A DNA stretch of 63,985 nt, counting the filler, from Reticulomyxa filosa (lineage: Eukaryota; Protista; Foraminifera): NCBI GenBank assembly GCA_000512085.1. It is 13 parts of 13 records of this genome, joined end to end, with 100 filler letters (N's around TTAATTAATTAA, not from the genome) between each part and the next. Parts side by side here need not be neighbours in the genome. Positions count along the whole stretch, not along the records: positions 17,051 to 26,324 come from ASPP01007441.1; positions 26,425 to 28,658 come from ASPP01001329.1; positions 28,759 to 44,773 come from ASPP01020156.1; 10 more parts are not named here. One strand, given 5' to 3'. Positions within the stretch are counted from its first letter, which is position 1. Each line of letters begins with the position of its first letter. The position numbers and the translations under genes are program-made. Positions 21,773-35,874 of this stretch are shown here, in pieces. The notes beneath the pieces are model-generated. The model searched no databases and had not been told where the DNA came from. It was given only the letters and a program-made list of their open reading frames with translations.

Positions 21773-24168
21773 TTATTGAGGTGTTTCTTTTTGCAAAATG
21801 GATGTTCGCACTAAAGGTAGCTTACTGACTTCTGCAAACGAAGGAGAAGAATATTTAATATAAGTTTGATTCTTTTGATTAAATAATTTTCCCTCTGGAT
21901 TGTTATGAGGTGTTCGTGCAATTTGAATGAGACGACGCATCAATGGTAAGAGTTTTGATTGATCGTAACAAAGCTTGCTTTGAATTTCTTGAGTCTGATC
22001 ATTAGAACATTAAACAGGTCAATTTCTTTTTATCTCACAAAGTTGTTTGAAAGGTCAAGAGGAGAGATACATGTTTATAGCTTAACTAAAGCCCGCTCAG
22101 ACAAATAAAATGCCGTATACACACACGCAATACCAACATGAGAGTGTTTAAAGTCATAGAAAAAAGGCTCATACAATGACATTTCACACAAATATCGGGT
22201 CATATACACCAATCGGATATCTTGAGTTTGTGGAATATCACTCTTTTCTGCCAAAGACCCTTGTACTGCTTTCCAATGCTCCCAGCTCTTCATATCCGAT
22301 GTCACTGGACTATTACTGGCATTGGCATTATGTAATTCGGTGTTAATTTGTACCAGCTTATTAGGCGTATATATTAAATTTTTTTTTTTTTTTTTGAGCA
22401 GATGTTATAAGAATGACAAATAAAGGTTGCATTTATTATTATTATTATTATTGGCCTATTTCTTTGCCTTCTTCTCTGAACTTTAAGTGTTTCCAATGCA
22501 TAACCTAATCTTGAGGTCATCCACAATCGATATTCCAATTTTTCACAAAAAGTCGTTTCCCAACTTTTTTTAAAAATTTTATTTACGTAGCAATGGTTTG
22601 CACATAATACGATACAATGGCGCATTGCCAAGCATGTATATAAAGTATATTGTACAGTTGAAAGCAGATCTTATGTATGCAGATATGTAACTCTACAATG
22701 GATGCTTTCGAGTAGGACTTGGAGCCATAAGAAAGCAAATGCGATGGATCCAGTTGTACTCCGTCTTCAAACTTGGCCGCAACAAATAGCGATAACAATG
22801 CCATCTATATGTTGAACAGGAGAGAAAGAGAAAGAATTACCCGTCAATGCAAAAACATGCACACAAAAAGCAAACCCATTCGATGTTGTCCCATTTAAAC
22901 TGCACTGAGGAGCGACCCTTTGTGTAGTTTACCATTACGTAAAAATCATCACAATTCAACAAAGCATTATTTATTATGGCCTGCAAAAAAAAAAAAAAAA
23001 AAAAAAACCCCACATAAAAAAAATACTTAACAGCCAAAATTGCACAATACTGTACCGCTATGTGCAATGAATTGGGATGCAGAGCTTCTTTTGCATGCAC
23101 ATAAGTCTGTGTACCGATATTATATACATACATATTACATATATATACATATATATATTATCATATAATTATTGTACATTTTTTTTACATAAAGAGACTA
23201 CAAACTCAACGTACCAAATAATTGACTAATTTGTACCACATTGCACATCCTCCTTCACAACTTTCTATCATCTTCTTTGCGAATATGCCAACATTATCCT
23301 TTTTTTTTTTTTTTTTTTTGAAAAAAAAAATATAAAATTACCAAAGAAGAATGATTATGAAGAAGTATAGATTTAAAAAACCCTTTGGTGGTAAATCTAG
23401 CCTCAAGTGCTTGCATATCCAATAAATTTGGCCACGCAGGATTCAAGGGACGATAATTGGTGTGCAGAGTTTTGCCAGGTTCCTTCTCGGAACATTCTGA
23501 AACGATATCATAGGTGGGCTCTGATTCACGTGTTGTCTCGTTGCCATTTTGATTGTTTGCAGTGTTGCTATCTCTTTGAGTCCCACTGTCCAGATTCGTT
23601 TCATTTCTCTAATTTCAACTCGATTTGTCGGTTATACCATGCACAAAAAAAAAAAAAAAAAAAAAAGCGAATAGAATCATAAAAAAATATATATCAACGA
23701 GACTCCAACATTACAGTTTCGTTTTACACTTTATTTTTTTTTTTTCTTTGTTAACATGGAACATCACGAAAATATTTTTATTTAACTTCTATTTCTTTGT
23801 CGTCAACTTGGCTTCGCTGGATTGTTTTTTTGTTACTACTGGCTATCTTGGTTTGATGTAATTCGTTGTTTTTGCGTTTTTCCTCTTTTGTTCTCAAATT
23901 GTTGCTCAGTTTTCTCTTCGTTTGTTGTCTTTCATCCTTTTTTTTTTTGGTAAAATTTTGGAATCTCTCCCCATTTGTTTTTTCTCCTGCTCTTTTCTTC
24001 ACTTTTTTCTTGTGGGAGTTTCTTGTTCTTAACTGTTAGGTCATTCACGTTTGCATTTTTGATTGGCTGATCTTCTGAGCGTTGCCGGGTTGGAAGTGTT
24101 GTCGAATGTTGATCAAATTCAACACATAAAGGCAAATTGCTCAATAAAGATTGTGGACGTCTCTGCAT
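21773..24168 (-). CDS. Divergent A/B-type cyclin, multi-exon
   Basis: Cyclin-box pieces on successive exons: WYKLVNYL|TYVHAKEALHPNSLHIAVQY, ALLSLFVAAKFED, ETTFCEKLEYRL, RYLCEMSLYEPFFYDFKHSHVGIAC, KYSSPSFAEVS. Basic low-complexity N-terminal exons. Confidence 0.82.
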
Positions 24169-24804
24169 GGCTAATCTTACAATGATTAAAGATCAATCAC
24201 TCAGTTTTAGTGTTTTCTCTACCGGGAGCAGCTGTAAAGACAATTTTTTTTAATACAATTCTTGCTTCCAGAAATAACTGCTTTGATTAGTAATTAGAAT
24301 TATAGTTCTTCGAATTATGTAGATTTACATCGGATATAACGCACAGTTTACTGGATATTTTAAATAGAGAATTCCTATTTTTTAAATGAACTTTTGAAGA
24401 AATACAATAAAAATGTAAGATCACCTCATTCCTGACGTGCAAATATTTGTCTGTCTTTAAACAAATGACCAATAAAAAAGAAGAAAAGTCGAAAAAAGGT
24501 CGCATAGATAATCGTTCTGTGCGTCAAGATAAAAGCAACCAAGTCAGTGATATTCGATTAATTTAACCCTTTTATGCGCTCGATCAAGTTGCCAATTATG
24601 ATTTTGCATTTCTGACTTCCTTTACTCACCTTTTTCCTGATACAATCACGCAATAACGCGAAAAAAAACAAAACAAAAAAAAACTACAAAAAAAAAAAAA
24701 AGATTGTATTTATTTTGCCTTTATGTTCTCAGTTACAATTGGTTGATCGTGGTCAGTAAGAAAAAAACGTGAGAAATAAGAATCAAGAACGAAATAAATA
24801 AGCA

Positions 24805-25897
24805 ATGGAAAAATGGATACAAGAAGTGAACAATGATATAGAAAAAGAAGAAGAAATGCAATTAAAATGGAAGATGAATATGGAGTGGTTAAAGAAAGAA
24901 GGAGGATATGACGAAGTGTCATTGACATCAGAAACATCACAAAAAAAAAGAATAGAAAATATAGAAAAAAAATGGAAAACAAAAAATTTGATAAAAATAT
25001 TTCGAGAAAATAATGTATATAAAATCAAACATATCCAAGAACGGCTCAACGATTTATCAAAATGGAGTCATTACGGAAAAGAGTTGAAAATTTTAAGTTG
25101 GTTTATAAAGTATCACAAATTAAAAAAAGAGATTGAAAAAATAAGATCAAAAGCCATACATCGAAATGCAATGATAATGATCGAATTATTACAAAAGCAT
25201 CAACAAAAAAAGGACTATCTTTATCAAATGATGAAAAAACTTGCCAATGGAGCTATTTATCCTTTTGACTTTGTCCCTGTCAGCAAAATCTATTTAGAGA
25301 ATATTGAACTTGTTAATGTATGTAATACTGTCGTTTATGTTGAACATTATAAATTTTTAGTTCATCGAGTTTTGCTTCGAATTGAATTGTCAATGTTAGA
25401 TGAAACCATTTCTCGAAAAAAAAACTTTACAATGGCTTGACGCTATTACAAAAACTGATAAGTTTAGAAAACGAATGACACAACATTTGAAACATAATGA
25501 TGCTGGCTCTAGCATTATTACTACTCTTCCTATTATACATAATGATGATCAGCAACATCACTATGATCCTCCCCTTCCACATCATTCTTCCAGTTACAAT
25601 TCTGCCCTTCATGCTGGTCTCAAAAAGCATCGTCAATCTGATCATGACCATGAACAAACTCATGTTCACAATCAAAATCATGAACATAATCGTGATAGCC
25701 GTAGTCCTGCTCAAAGTTTCCAAAACACAAGTACGCTTACTAAAGACGACGACAATTACTATGAAACAAATAGCACTGACCATCAGCAAAACACAAAAAA
25801 ACCTAAACATGAAATGTTCCTTCTCAAATATAATGTTGCGTTCATGGCTACTGTTCGTGAAGGAGAAAAGGATAATGATGAAACCAAAAAATCCTAA
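24805..25897 (+). CDS. Hypothetical helical/coiled-coil protein, one frameshift in the A-run at ~25416-25424
   Basis: ORFs 24805-25440 and 25400-25897 overlap at a poly-A run (ISRKK/TLQWLDAITK). His/Asp/Asn-rich tail. Confidence 0.6.
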
Positions 25898-26456
25898 TTT
25901 TGTTGTTTTTGTTGTTTATTTTTTATATTTTGTTCCCCCACCAACACAATCCATTTTTTTCTTTGTTGGCGTTGCTTAGTGATTGTTACCTTATGTGATT
26001 CTATTGTCAAGGAATAAGACGCGTTTTCAAAATCACCCTACATTCGAATGTATGTATCGTTTAGCTTGCACAAATTTCTAACAACTTTTTTTTTTTTTTT
26101 TTTTTTTTTAAGAAAGTAACACGTTCGATTTGGAACGTTTCATTCATGAAATGTTTTAAGACAAGAAATTTGTGGCTGAGTAAGTTCCAATTTGTTGTCG
26201 AATACAAGTACTGGACTTTAGACACCAAACACAAAAGCAAGCATTGCACACAGTGCAAAATTGACCAAAAAAGAAATTTACACCACAGATTTCAACAATT
26301 CCAAAGAGATAGAAAAAAAAAAAANNNNNNNNNNNNNNNNNNNNNNNNNNNNNNNNNNNNNNNNNNNNTTAATTAATTAANNNNNNNNNNNNNNNNNNNN
26401 NNNNNNNNNNNNNNNNNNNNNNNNTTTTTTTTGGTATGTTAATTAAAACAATAGAT

Positions 26457-27499
26457 TATGGTTGTTGTCAAGAAAAATTCACAATCAATATATAATGTTT
26501 TTCCAAGTGATAACATGGCTGTCGTATGGAATGAGTGCGTTTTTATTTATAATAACAATGGTGTATTTGAGTGACAATGGCAAGATTGAGGGGGTGTTTT
26601 ACGACTCGCAGAGCTATCTGTTTGTCGTTATGTTGTGTTTGGACCTCCCTGCGTCGCTACTGCTCTTGTACTTGTTCACGCGCGAATTGTTCCGAATTGT
26701 CTTGGAAAAAGACCCTCTTGCCATGGGTGACATCTCCAATCATTTGCTTCATGTCACTGCTCCACGAAAGCATTTGCAACAGGGGATCGGCCTTGGAAAG
26801 TGTTGTTTTTTTTTTTTTTTTTTATGCAATACGTAGAGGATATATACATACATATACATATACATAAATATATATATATGTGTATATATATGTATACGTG
26901 TATACACAATCACATTAAACTAATCAATAAATTTGCTTCGAAATCAAATTATTTGTTTGAATGTGTTTGTCACTGTTGCTATTTACTATTGTAGAGAGAA
27001 TGAAAACTACAACTCCATAGTCACCAATTCAACCTCCACGAGTATGCCGATGCTGCTGGGTAACCAGGAAGATTCGATAAACAATAACAGCTTTTATCTG
27101 TCAAACACTCCTTCGCAAAGTGCGAGCAATAACAAAACCAAGCAAAAAGTGCATCTATCTCAAATTCAAGACGAGCAAATGCAATTGAAGCTCTTTCGCA
27201 ATTTGATTCGGTATACCAATTTGTCTGTTCTTGCGATCATTTCGTCCACAACTTGTGAGTTATTCATTGCCCTAATGCTGATTCGCACGAACAACTTCCA
27301 ATACAGCAATGTCTTTCTAATGGGAATCGATGCTTGTGTGGCCACCTTGGGAGTCTCTTTAAGTATGGGATATTCAGAATCCACTTATCGCAAGCTTTGC
27401 AATAAGTTTGATTGCTGCTATCAAAAATTTTTCATTCGCATGTCTGGCAATCAATTGCGACCGCATGGTGCCAATAAATCACGTCAACCCCCACTTTGA
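26457..27499 (+). CDS. Multi-pass membrane protein, GPCR-like C-terminal half, 5'-partial
   Basis: Two hydrophobic helices, a long polar loop, then two more helices followed by YRKLCNKFDCC (helix-8/palmitoylation-like). (TA)-rich intron at ~26801-26994. Confidence 0.55.
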
Positions 27500-27999
27500 G
27501 CTTTTTTATAAAAAAAAAAAAAACAGATCAAATGTAATGGAAATTATACCAATATTTTTATTTGCGTTGGTGTTTTGCTCTTGGTTTTTTTTTTCTCCCC
27601 TCCTTCGCTACCCTCTCTCCATAATACCTTTCAGTATCCCTCCAATGTTCAAACGCACACAGGGGGAGCTGACTGAAAAGTGGTGAAGACTCCAGAACGT
27701 CTCACAAGGCTTTTCTCCCTCCCCCCTTTTGTTGGGTGAACTTTCCCATTTGGCCTTGAAATTTTTTTTTTTTCAGTTTATAAAAAATACAGTAACATTA
27801 CAAGTATAAAAAAAAAGTGTCCTTAGTTCTTTTTTTTTTAAATCAGCAATTATTTCTCAAGGCACTCTATTCTCTTACTTTGCACGAATTCGAAGTAAAC
27901 AGTGTCAGTTGTAATTAAACAGAAAAATAGGTCACAGACTACACAGCCGAGATGCATGTTTTATTATTATATAGAATTTTTTGTTGTTGTTGAGAAGTA

Positions 28000-28658
28000 T
28001 TACACTGGGGTGAAACCAATTCTTTGACTGGACCGAACAGTGAATTTGAACCCACCAATTTGATTTGGTTCAAATGTACTAATAATGACAATATAAACTC
28101 CTTCCTCCAGATTTTTGACATCAATACATGCCACACCGTATCGGTATGCGCCACTAGTGGCCACCATCAAAGTTGTTTTGTAATGTTCTCTATTTAGGAT
28201 CTTGCCAGAAATTTTGGTTGTTTTTTTTTCGGCGAACGACGCATTATCCATATTGATGACCTCTTCATCCGCGGCATTGTCCTCTTGTTCCTTGTTTTCC
28301 CTAGAAGCGTTGTCATCGGCATTATTGTTGTTGTTCTTCATCGACGAAAGAGATTGTCCGCCAGTGTCATTTGCGGTATCCTCTTGATTAAAATTGACAC
28401 AACGAAACATTTGGATATTAACCGAGTACTTGACAGGGGCCTCCAACAAATACCTGTTTTTATTGTATTTTATTTTTAAAATTTGCTTTGTTGGCGAAAA
28501 AAAAAAAAAAAAATAAATACAGCAACACACCTAAGATTGGTTTTGTCAGTCAATTGAACACGAAATTGAGGATTATTTGGAAAAGATTCATAGTTGGGCG
28601 ACCCCCCGGAAACTTTTTTAGTCCAACTTCCATTGATGACTTTTCGATATTTCCAAAA
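28000..28658 (-). CDS. Calpain-7/PalB-like C-terminal domain III, 5'-partial
   Basis: INGSWTKKVSGGRPNYESFPNNPQFRV spliced to LEAPVKYSVNI...SGAYRYG...GVYIVIISTFEPNQIGGFKFTVRS. Confidence 0.8.
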
Positions 28659-28758
28659 NNNNNNNNNNNNNNNNNNNNNNNNNNNNNNNNNNNNNNNNNN
28701 NNTTAATTAATTAANNNNNNNNNNNNNNNNNNNNNNNNNNNNNNNNNNNNNNNNNNNN

Positions 28759-29510
28759 AACTCAAACTCAAACTCAAACTCAAATCCAAATCACAATTCC
28801 AATCAGACTCATGGCCATACCTTTTCTCACTCGCGAGAAGTTAAGATTGAATCCGGACTCGACAAAATCCATCCGACATATAACACTTACCAAATCCATT
28901 TACAACATAATTCCAGCAACGATCATGTGCAAACCAAACCCGAAGCATTACAAGTCTTTTCTTTTGTGCGTGTATACAAAACAAAAAATACTAGTTTTTT
29001 TTTTTTTTTTTTTTTCTTAATCCAAATGCTTTAGCTTCGTTTAAAATACAAAACCAAGGAAGAAAAAAAAAATAAAATAAAATAATCGAATAATAATAAT
29101 AATAATAATAATAAATAATAATAGAAATCGACAGTGAAAAGAAAAGACGAACTAAAAATAAAAAGTGTGCCGAAATATCAGTGTGACATTTGTCACGAGC
29201 CTTTTCAACGTGCAAAAGACTTGAAAAAACCCAAATTGATCAACACAAGGCAGAACGACCTTTTGTTTGCAATGTTTGCGAAAAGAGATATCATTCACAG
29301 TCTTCATTACAGCTCCATCAATGTCAGCACCAAAAACCTGAATTCCAGTGCGATGTGTGCGGAAAGTGGTTTCATAAAAAAGACAAACTCAACAGGCACA
29401 TGGTCATACACTCGGAAGACAGGCCATTCAAATGCACGGATTGTGGAAAGTGTTTTAAGAGAAGTGATCATTTGAGTGTGCATCTCAAAAGAGTGCACAA
29501 AAAGCAATAA
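28759..29510 (+). CDS. C2H2 zinc-finger protein (4 fingers), 5'-partial, frameshift in the A-run at ~29225
   Basis: CDICHEPF..., CNVCEKRY...H..QH, CDVCGKWF...H...H, CTDCGKCF...H....H, with HSEDRPF/HKAERPF linkers. Confidence 0.9.
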
Positions 29511-30504
29511 TTTCAATTATTTATTTTTTTTTTTTTTGCAGTGTTGTACTCACTTTTTTTTTCCCCTTTCTCTTTCTTCTTCTTTCTTTTTTTTTTTTTT
29601 TTGGTTAAAAAAAAAATAAATCAATTGAGTAATGAAGTTTTTTTCATCCCGTTTCAACAACTGTTCTCTTTGTTAAACTCGTTTCTCATGAAATTGTTCA
29701 TGGATTTATGACTAGCCTTGGACTTTGCGCTTTTTTCGAGAAGCACAGTTTGGTGTTGACATTATTTGAACGGCAAACATTCCTAGTCACTTGTGCGAAA
29801 CTTTTTTTTTTCACTGTATTGTTGTCCACATACATTGTGGCTGGCATCTCTAGAGTCTCAAAAAATCATTGCAAACTCGACACACTTGCAGCTTGCTTAA
29901 ATTAACCGAAAAAGTGCAACAACGCAATTTTTGTTTTTGTTTTTGTTTCTATCTTCCAAATGCATGTAAAGATAACTATCCGAATGGACAAATATCATAT
30001 TTATTATCTCTTACTCCCTTTTGCCTGTTCTCAGGATTTGCTTCGCATAATCCAAACAAGCATGATTTACAAAGACACTAGCAACACTTTGTTTGTTTCT
30101 TAAAGTGCCATGAAACTTTGTGCAAATAATCCTTTCCATCAGTGTAGCTGCGATACTATGTGTCGTGGAAAAAAAAAACGCATCAAGTGTCACATTATTT
30201 GATAATTTTTTGTAATTGACACAACATTGTATTTTGAAATGCTGTATTAAAACGTTTGATATAACATAAGAGTGTATTCTCACTTTGGTTACAACTTAAA
30301 ATTTTGATGTCAATCGTTGGCAGTGTTTGCAATTCATGAAATAAAATATTTCAAACTGAATACAAAAGAATTTAGCACTCTTGTTCGTTTTTAAAGATTT
30401 TTTGTTTTGTTAGGTATTGTTTCATTTAATGTTGATTTGTATGTGTTACAATTATGAGTTAGTCTGTTCTATCGTACAAAGATTACCACGTTTCCAAAAC
30501 AAAT

Positions 30505-31857
30505 ATGAAAAGTAACGACATGATTGATAGATTGATAACAAGGTACGGTGAACATTGTAGCAAATCGAAATTAACAGTGTCTGAAAAAGTCGTGAAGAGG
30601 ATTCAAGAGACTGGAATCGGACAATTGAATGCAAGTGCTCTGAAACTAAAAGATGCCCAGATTTTAGCGCTTGTTGAAACACTGAATCATGAGGAAACAA
30701 TTCCACACCTTGTAAAAATTGATTTTTCATTAAATTGCATCACAGATACCTCCGCAAAGAACTTAGCGGAACTATTTGTACGTGCAGCTGCAACCTTGAC
30801 CCATCTAAACTTGTCTGGGAATGATATCAGTCCGACTGGAGTTAACTCAATGCTTTTTAGGAAAAAAGACAAAATAAGCTTGATTCATTTATTCGTTTGT
30901 TTTCTCAACGCTTACGTGGGACTAGGCAATTTGTTCGGCAATAGGCTTGTTTATAAATGTATACGTACACTCTTATAGGGAGCACAGTTATGCAAATGTT
31001 TTGAGCATTGCAAGAAATTGCAATATTTGAACTTGAACGGGAACAAAATTGGAAATGAAAGTGCTATAGAACTAAGTGAACATTTGAATCAAATACCAAG
31101 TCTATCGGAGCTAGATGTCGGAAATTGCGATATTGGAGTACAAGGTTGGACGCACATTATGGTATTTTTACAATCTCATCCCAGCATTGAAACATTGAAC
31201 ATGGAAAATGCTCGTATTCAAGTTTTATCTGATGAAATGAGTCATCATTGTGGAACGCTCTTATTTTGTAGCAAGTCATTGAAGTACATTAACATCAGCA
31301 AACAAGTGAGTAGTTTGTATGTGTCTGTGTATGTATGTATATGGATTTACTTACGTCGTAACAACACATGTATTTAAATATAGGGGATTGGAATCGGAAA
31401 CAAAGGGATTGAATGGATTGCACATTATTTACGAAAAAATAACGTACTTTACACTTTGGATATATCTTGTAATGGAATTGGATGCGATGGCATCTTCAGC
31501 TTGCGACGTATTTTATGTCGGCCGATCAGTGTCTTGAAACATTTGATTTTGAATGGTAATCGTCTAACTGATCTTTCTTCCCAAAGTATTGCAGCCATAA
31601 TTCTTGACAATAATACTTTGGTATCATTACATCTCGCAAATTGTGATCTAAACGACAATGGCCTATGCGTTATCGGAGAGGCAGTCAAGAAGAAATGCAA
31701 TAACAAAAAGGCTATTACCCTTCAAAAATTATTTTTAGATGGCAATTGTTTTGGCACTAAGTCAAGAGCATTATGGTCTCAACTTGCCAAAGGAGAACAA
31801 CTCCAAAGTCCAGTCATTCAGCTTGACTGTGTCTCCTTACTTCAGGAACCTTTCTAA
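30505..31857 (+). CDS. Ribonuclease-inhibitor-type LRR protein (LRRC34-like), three exons
   Basis: 28-aa LRRs: LTHLNLSGNDISPTG, LQYLNLNGNKIGNES, LDISCNGIGCDG, LHLANCDLNDNG. Introns at ~30841-30978 and ~31305-31383. Confidence 0.88.
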
Positions 31858-32231
31858 CATCGTAACTTTACATCTTTTTGAAAATGTATGCATTCAATTT
31901 AATGCACATATTGCGTATCATGTGCTTTTTAACTTCTTAACACCTAAAACAATAAATTTTTTTTGTTTGCTTCGCACTTTGGCTATTCGCAACTTGGGCT
32001 CAAAAGTCAGGCTTCCAAAATTTAAAATATTACCTTTCGAGTCATTGTAAACTGTGATACGCTATTCATTACGTTCTTTACAAAAGCAATGTTTCTTCTC
32101 TTCTCTTTCGACAGATATTTTGCACTCTCTAAAACAGTTTTTAAGGAGACTATTTTTGTAAAATTGAATCTCGAACTTAACATCTTGTTGCCAGAGACAA
32201 CAGATCGGAAATCGCAAAATAAACCTAAAAT

Positions 32232-35200
32232 ATGAGGCTATCTGTAACTCCTGTAGCTCAGAAGAATGGTGTTCGATTGACTGAAGAAATTTCCACTAGA
32301 GGAGTGGCCAATGTTAGTTGTTCCTCCAAAGCTAAAAAAACAAAACAAACAAAAAATCAGACTTAACACAACCCCAAAACAGACAATGAAGATGGCAATC
32401 ACAGAGATATTATATTTAAGGTATGTATTTGAGTTAAAGGCTCTCCAGCAACAAAGTGAAATGTGCTCGCATAATAGGTCTTTGTTCCCAGAAAGTGAAT
32501 TTTCAGAGCACAACTTCGGAGGTTGAAACTCACATAATGTCTTCACTTTTTTATTTATTTTCGTTTTACACTTATGTTTTCCTCCACCAATCAAATTACA
32601 AAATACTAAACCAGGTGCGACAACTCATTTGATTAAAGGTGCTCAGCGAGAATCCAAGCGAGTATTGAAGTGGTTTCGTGGTATTGAAGACGCTCTTACC
32701 AAAAAATTTGTTAAAATTTTTTTTGAAAAAAGAAAAGTGTAACAAACAACAAAACTTGGTTTTTTTTGTTCTGTTTTTTTTTTGTGTCAATTTATTAAAA
32801 CGAACAGCTCCATAAAGTGACTATGGTGATGGAGGGTATTTCAACAAAAACCATAATCGAATCGTATACATTTGTTGTCAATTACATTGGCAAAGACATC
32901 GCAGCGCTGTCATTTGGTGCCAATAATGCATCGACCGCTAGTATTGAAGTTTTGTTGTAAATAGTATGTCTATATGTGATTAGTACTTTTTAAATTTTGC
33001 AATTGTGCAAAGCAAGTAATATTCAATAAACAAACAACAAAAAAAAAATATAACGATCGTTAGAAAAATTACGGAACCAAGAAGTCACTGCAAGATCAAG
33101 CAAAACAATTGATCAAATATCTCATTCCTTTAATAAGTGGATTTTATCCGTTGAATACTAATGATATTCGTTTGCAGATCTTTTTGGAGTACAACAATAA
33201 TACACCGCAAGACTACGAACCACCTGGATTTGAAAGTGCAAATGGTAGAGGTATGTAGTGCACTTTTTTTTTTCTACGATTGTGAAAAATAACAAAAACT
33301 TGAATCACAAATGTATATGAACTATAATTGATACATGAGACTTTTGTAAAATGTTTTAAACCTAAGAAATAAATTGTAACGGATGGGGTGGGAACAAATC
33401 AAGGTCCAAGGCCATTTACTGCTGACATGCCCTCAGAAACAATTAAGTACGGACAAATCAAAACTCCAGTTTAGAATATTGCTTCCTTGCTGTGTTGCAC
33501 GTGAACGCTTTTGAAGTGACGTGTTTGAATAGTTCCATAGCTTGGACGCAACTGTAACATGCATGATAAATCCTGAAGAGCACCAAGATGAAGCAGCGCA
33601 AGAAAATTGTATTTCTTTGTTTTTTTCATGTGTTGTCTAAAGTATACACAGTACTGGCTTGTTACAAATCATACAACAGCACAACAACTAAACACTCAAA
33701 AGGAAAAGAAGAAATTAACCGGTTCAAAAAATACCCAACAAAAATAAAGCAGATAGTACGTTTGTATCTTTTTGTTCTTATTTTAGAGAGTGAGGTAAAA
33801 TAATCGTGTTCCACAGAAAACAACAGTCAAATTTCTTCATACAAAGAAATCGAAAAAAGACTACACAACAGTGAAGAAGTTAAGATGACAAATGAGAAAA
33901 ACGAAACTGCAAAGAAACGTGGCATACATAACTATGCTTGGTTTGAGTCACAAATAACATATACAACAGGAACAATTAGTTTTAAAACCGTTACAGTTGA
34001 ACTCACAGATGAATATAAAAAATAGTCAAAGTCCACTCTTAATAAAAGTTTCACAAAGCTCAAATGTTACAAAAAAGCCATCACAAGAGCGTCAATTTGT
34101 CGATGCTAAAAAAGATGAAGTGATCATTAAAAATGATGACAATACACAGTCAACCAAGCCAGTTAACAAAATATTATGATACGTAGAAAATGGTGTTGTA
34201 AGAAACCTTTTGTATCTGATTGAACTATACACAAAAAGAAACCAAACACAAATGGACTAGATGTAATGATCTTTTGAAAGCTTAAAACGGTTGTCTGTAT
34301 GCCACTAGATAAACAACACTAGAAAAGTGCAAGCAAGGAACAACAGAAAAGAAAGTACAGGCTCAGTCCTATCCCAAAAAAAAAATTATTCTAGCCAAAA
34401 CAACAGTCAAATTCCAAATTTAATCAAATCACAAAGCCAGGTAATGAAACACGCGTTTTTGTATACATTTTGAACAATTTTTTTGTTTACTAATAGGAAG
34501 AAACCAAAAAACCTGAAGGTAAGACATTTGTCCTATTTTTGTAACTAATGAACAATCTTATAATGCTTCCCATTTTTTGATCTTAGCAGAGGTTATTGAA
34601 CCCAAAGTTAGCAATGGATGCAATGATAGCGACAGTGAACTCAATGTAGAAAACACAAACAACAAGAACATTAGTGTGTCACAAGCTGCAAATTCACAGA
34701 CAACAATGAAAAGTGGAGCTATATCTCAAACGACAGGAAAAATCTCAATCTATCGTGTAGATAGCTGTGCTATTCAACGAATGCAACATATCTTGAGCAA
34801 TTACACAACAAGACCCGTTGATATTCAAACAGTGAGTGTTGTGTGTAATACTACACTGCTAAATATTGAAGGTATGAAAGTGAAGCTTTTCCTCGTTTAA
34901 CAAAGCAAGTAAATTTTGTCGTGCTATTGAATAGAACTATTAAATTTTATGGTTGGACAGGGCATGCTAGAAATGAAAGAGAATTCATACTTCGTGCCTG
35001 ACCCAAACAAAGCCAAGGTATGTACACTTGTATATTCCAAGTAAGACACTGATCATACATTACATTTTCGAAAAATAGAAAAGACTGGCATGCCTACGAC
35101 AATCGATCAGTACCAAGCTGTCACACAGTTATATTTTCTAGGCCTCTGCCTTAATATCTTGAAAAAAAAGTAATTGCTACGCTTATAGTCATTGGATCCT

Positions 35201-35548
35201 CCGACAAGCAATTGGGGCAGATTAATATTGGAACCAACAGCAAGCGTAAACGATCTAGTACTGATCTACAAAATGGTTAAAGCATTTTCATCTTTTTTTT
35301 TCTTTTCATAAGTTTTTTTCTTTGCTGGAAACAGAAGAAAAAACGATTTCTTCGAATAAGGAAGAAGAAACCATTGGACGTCGAGCGAAGCGCAGGTAGC
35401 AATTGTTTTTTTATATGTAGATAAGACATACTGTGGGTAACAAAATTTGTGCACTATTTTTACTATTAGATTTTTTAATTGTTCATTCGTTATTTGTTTG
35501 TTTGCTCAAAGACGACGCAATGCAAGAAAAAATACAAAACTGGATTGA
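32232..35548 (+). CDS. HOP1: Meiotic HORMA-domain protein (Hop1/HORMAD/ASY1-like), many short exons
   Basis: Spliced exons give MAITEILYLR|SLFPESEF, LKWFRGIEDALTKK, IIESYTFVVNY and LEYNNNTPQDYEPPGFE (Hop1-type signature). These are followed by an SQ-rich disordered region, a small helical domain and a basic C-terminus. Confidence 0.8.
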
Positions 35549-35874
35549 TCTTTTCAACGACGCGTGATCAAAACAGTAGCAAATTTTAAAAATAGGAAGC
35601 TTGAGTGAAATATATACTAACTTTTTGTTTGACACAAACAACTTATCTTTTCGCAATACAAACAGCTGAGCATCTATCTGTAATTCGTTCTTGTTTACAG
35701 AATTACACGGAATTAGAATGAATCTTACAATTCCACTTCTAAAATCTTTTTGTAGTTAAATTTCAAACATGGGAAAATTTGAAAAAGAAGTCTTGTTGCT
35801 TGCTTTATTTCTTTGAAACGAAAGTCTTGAAAGAAATTCGACGTCATTCATGCTTTCACTAAAACAACTGAAAC

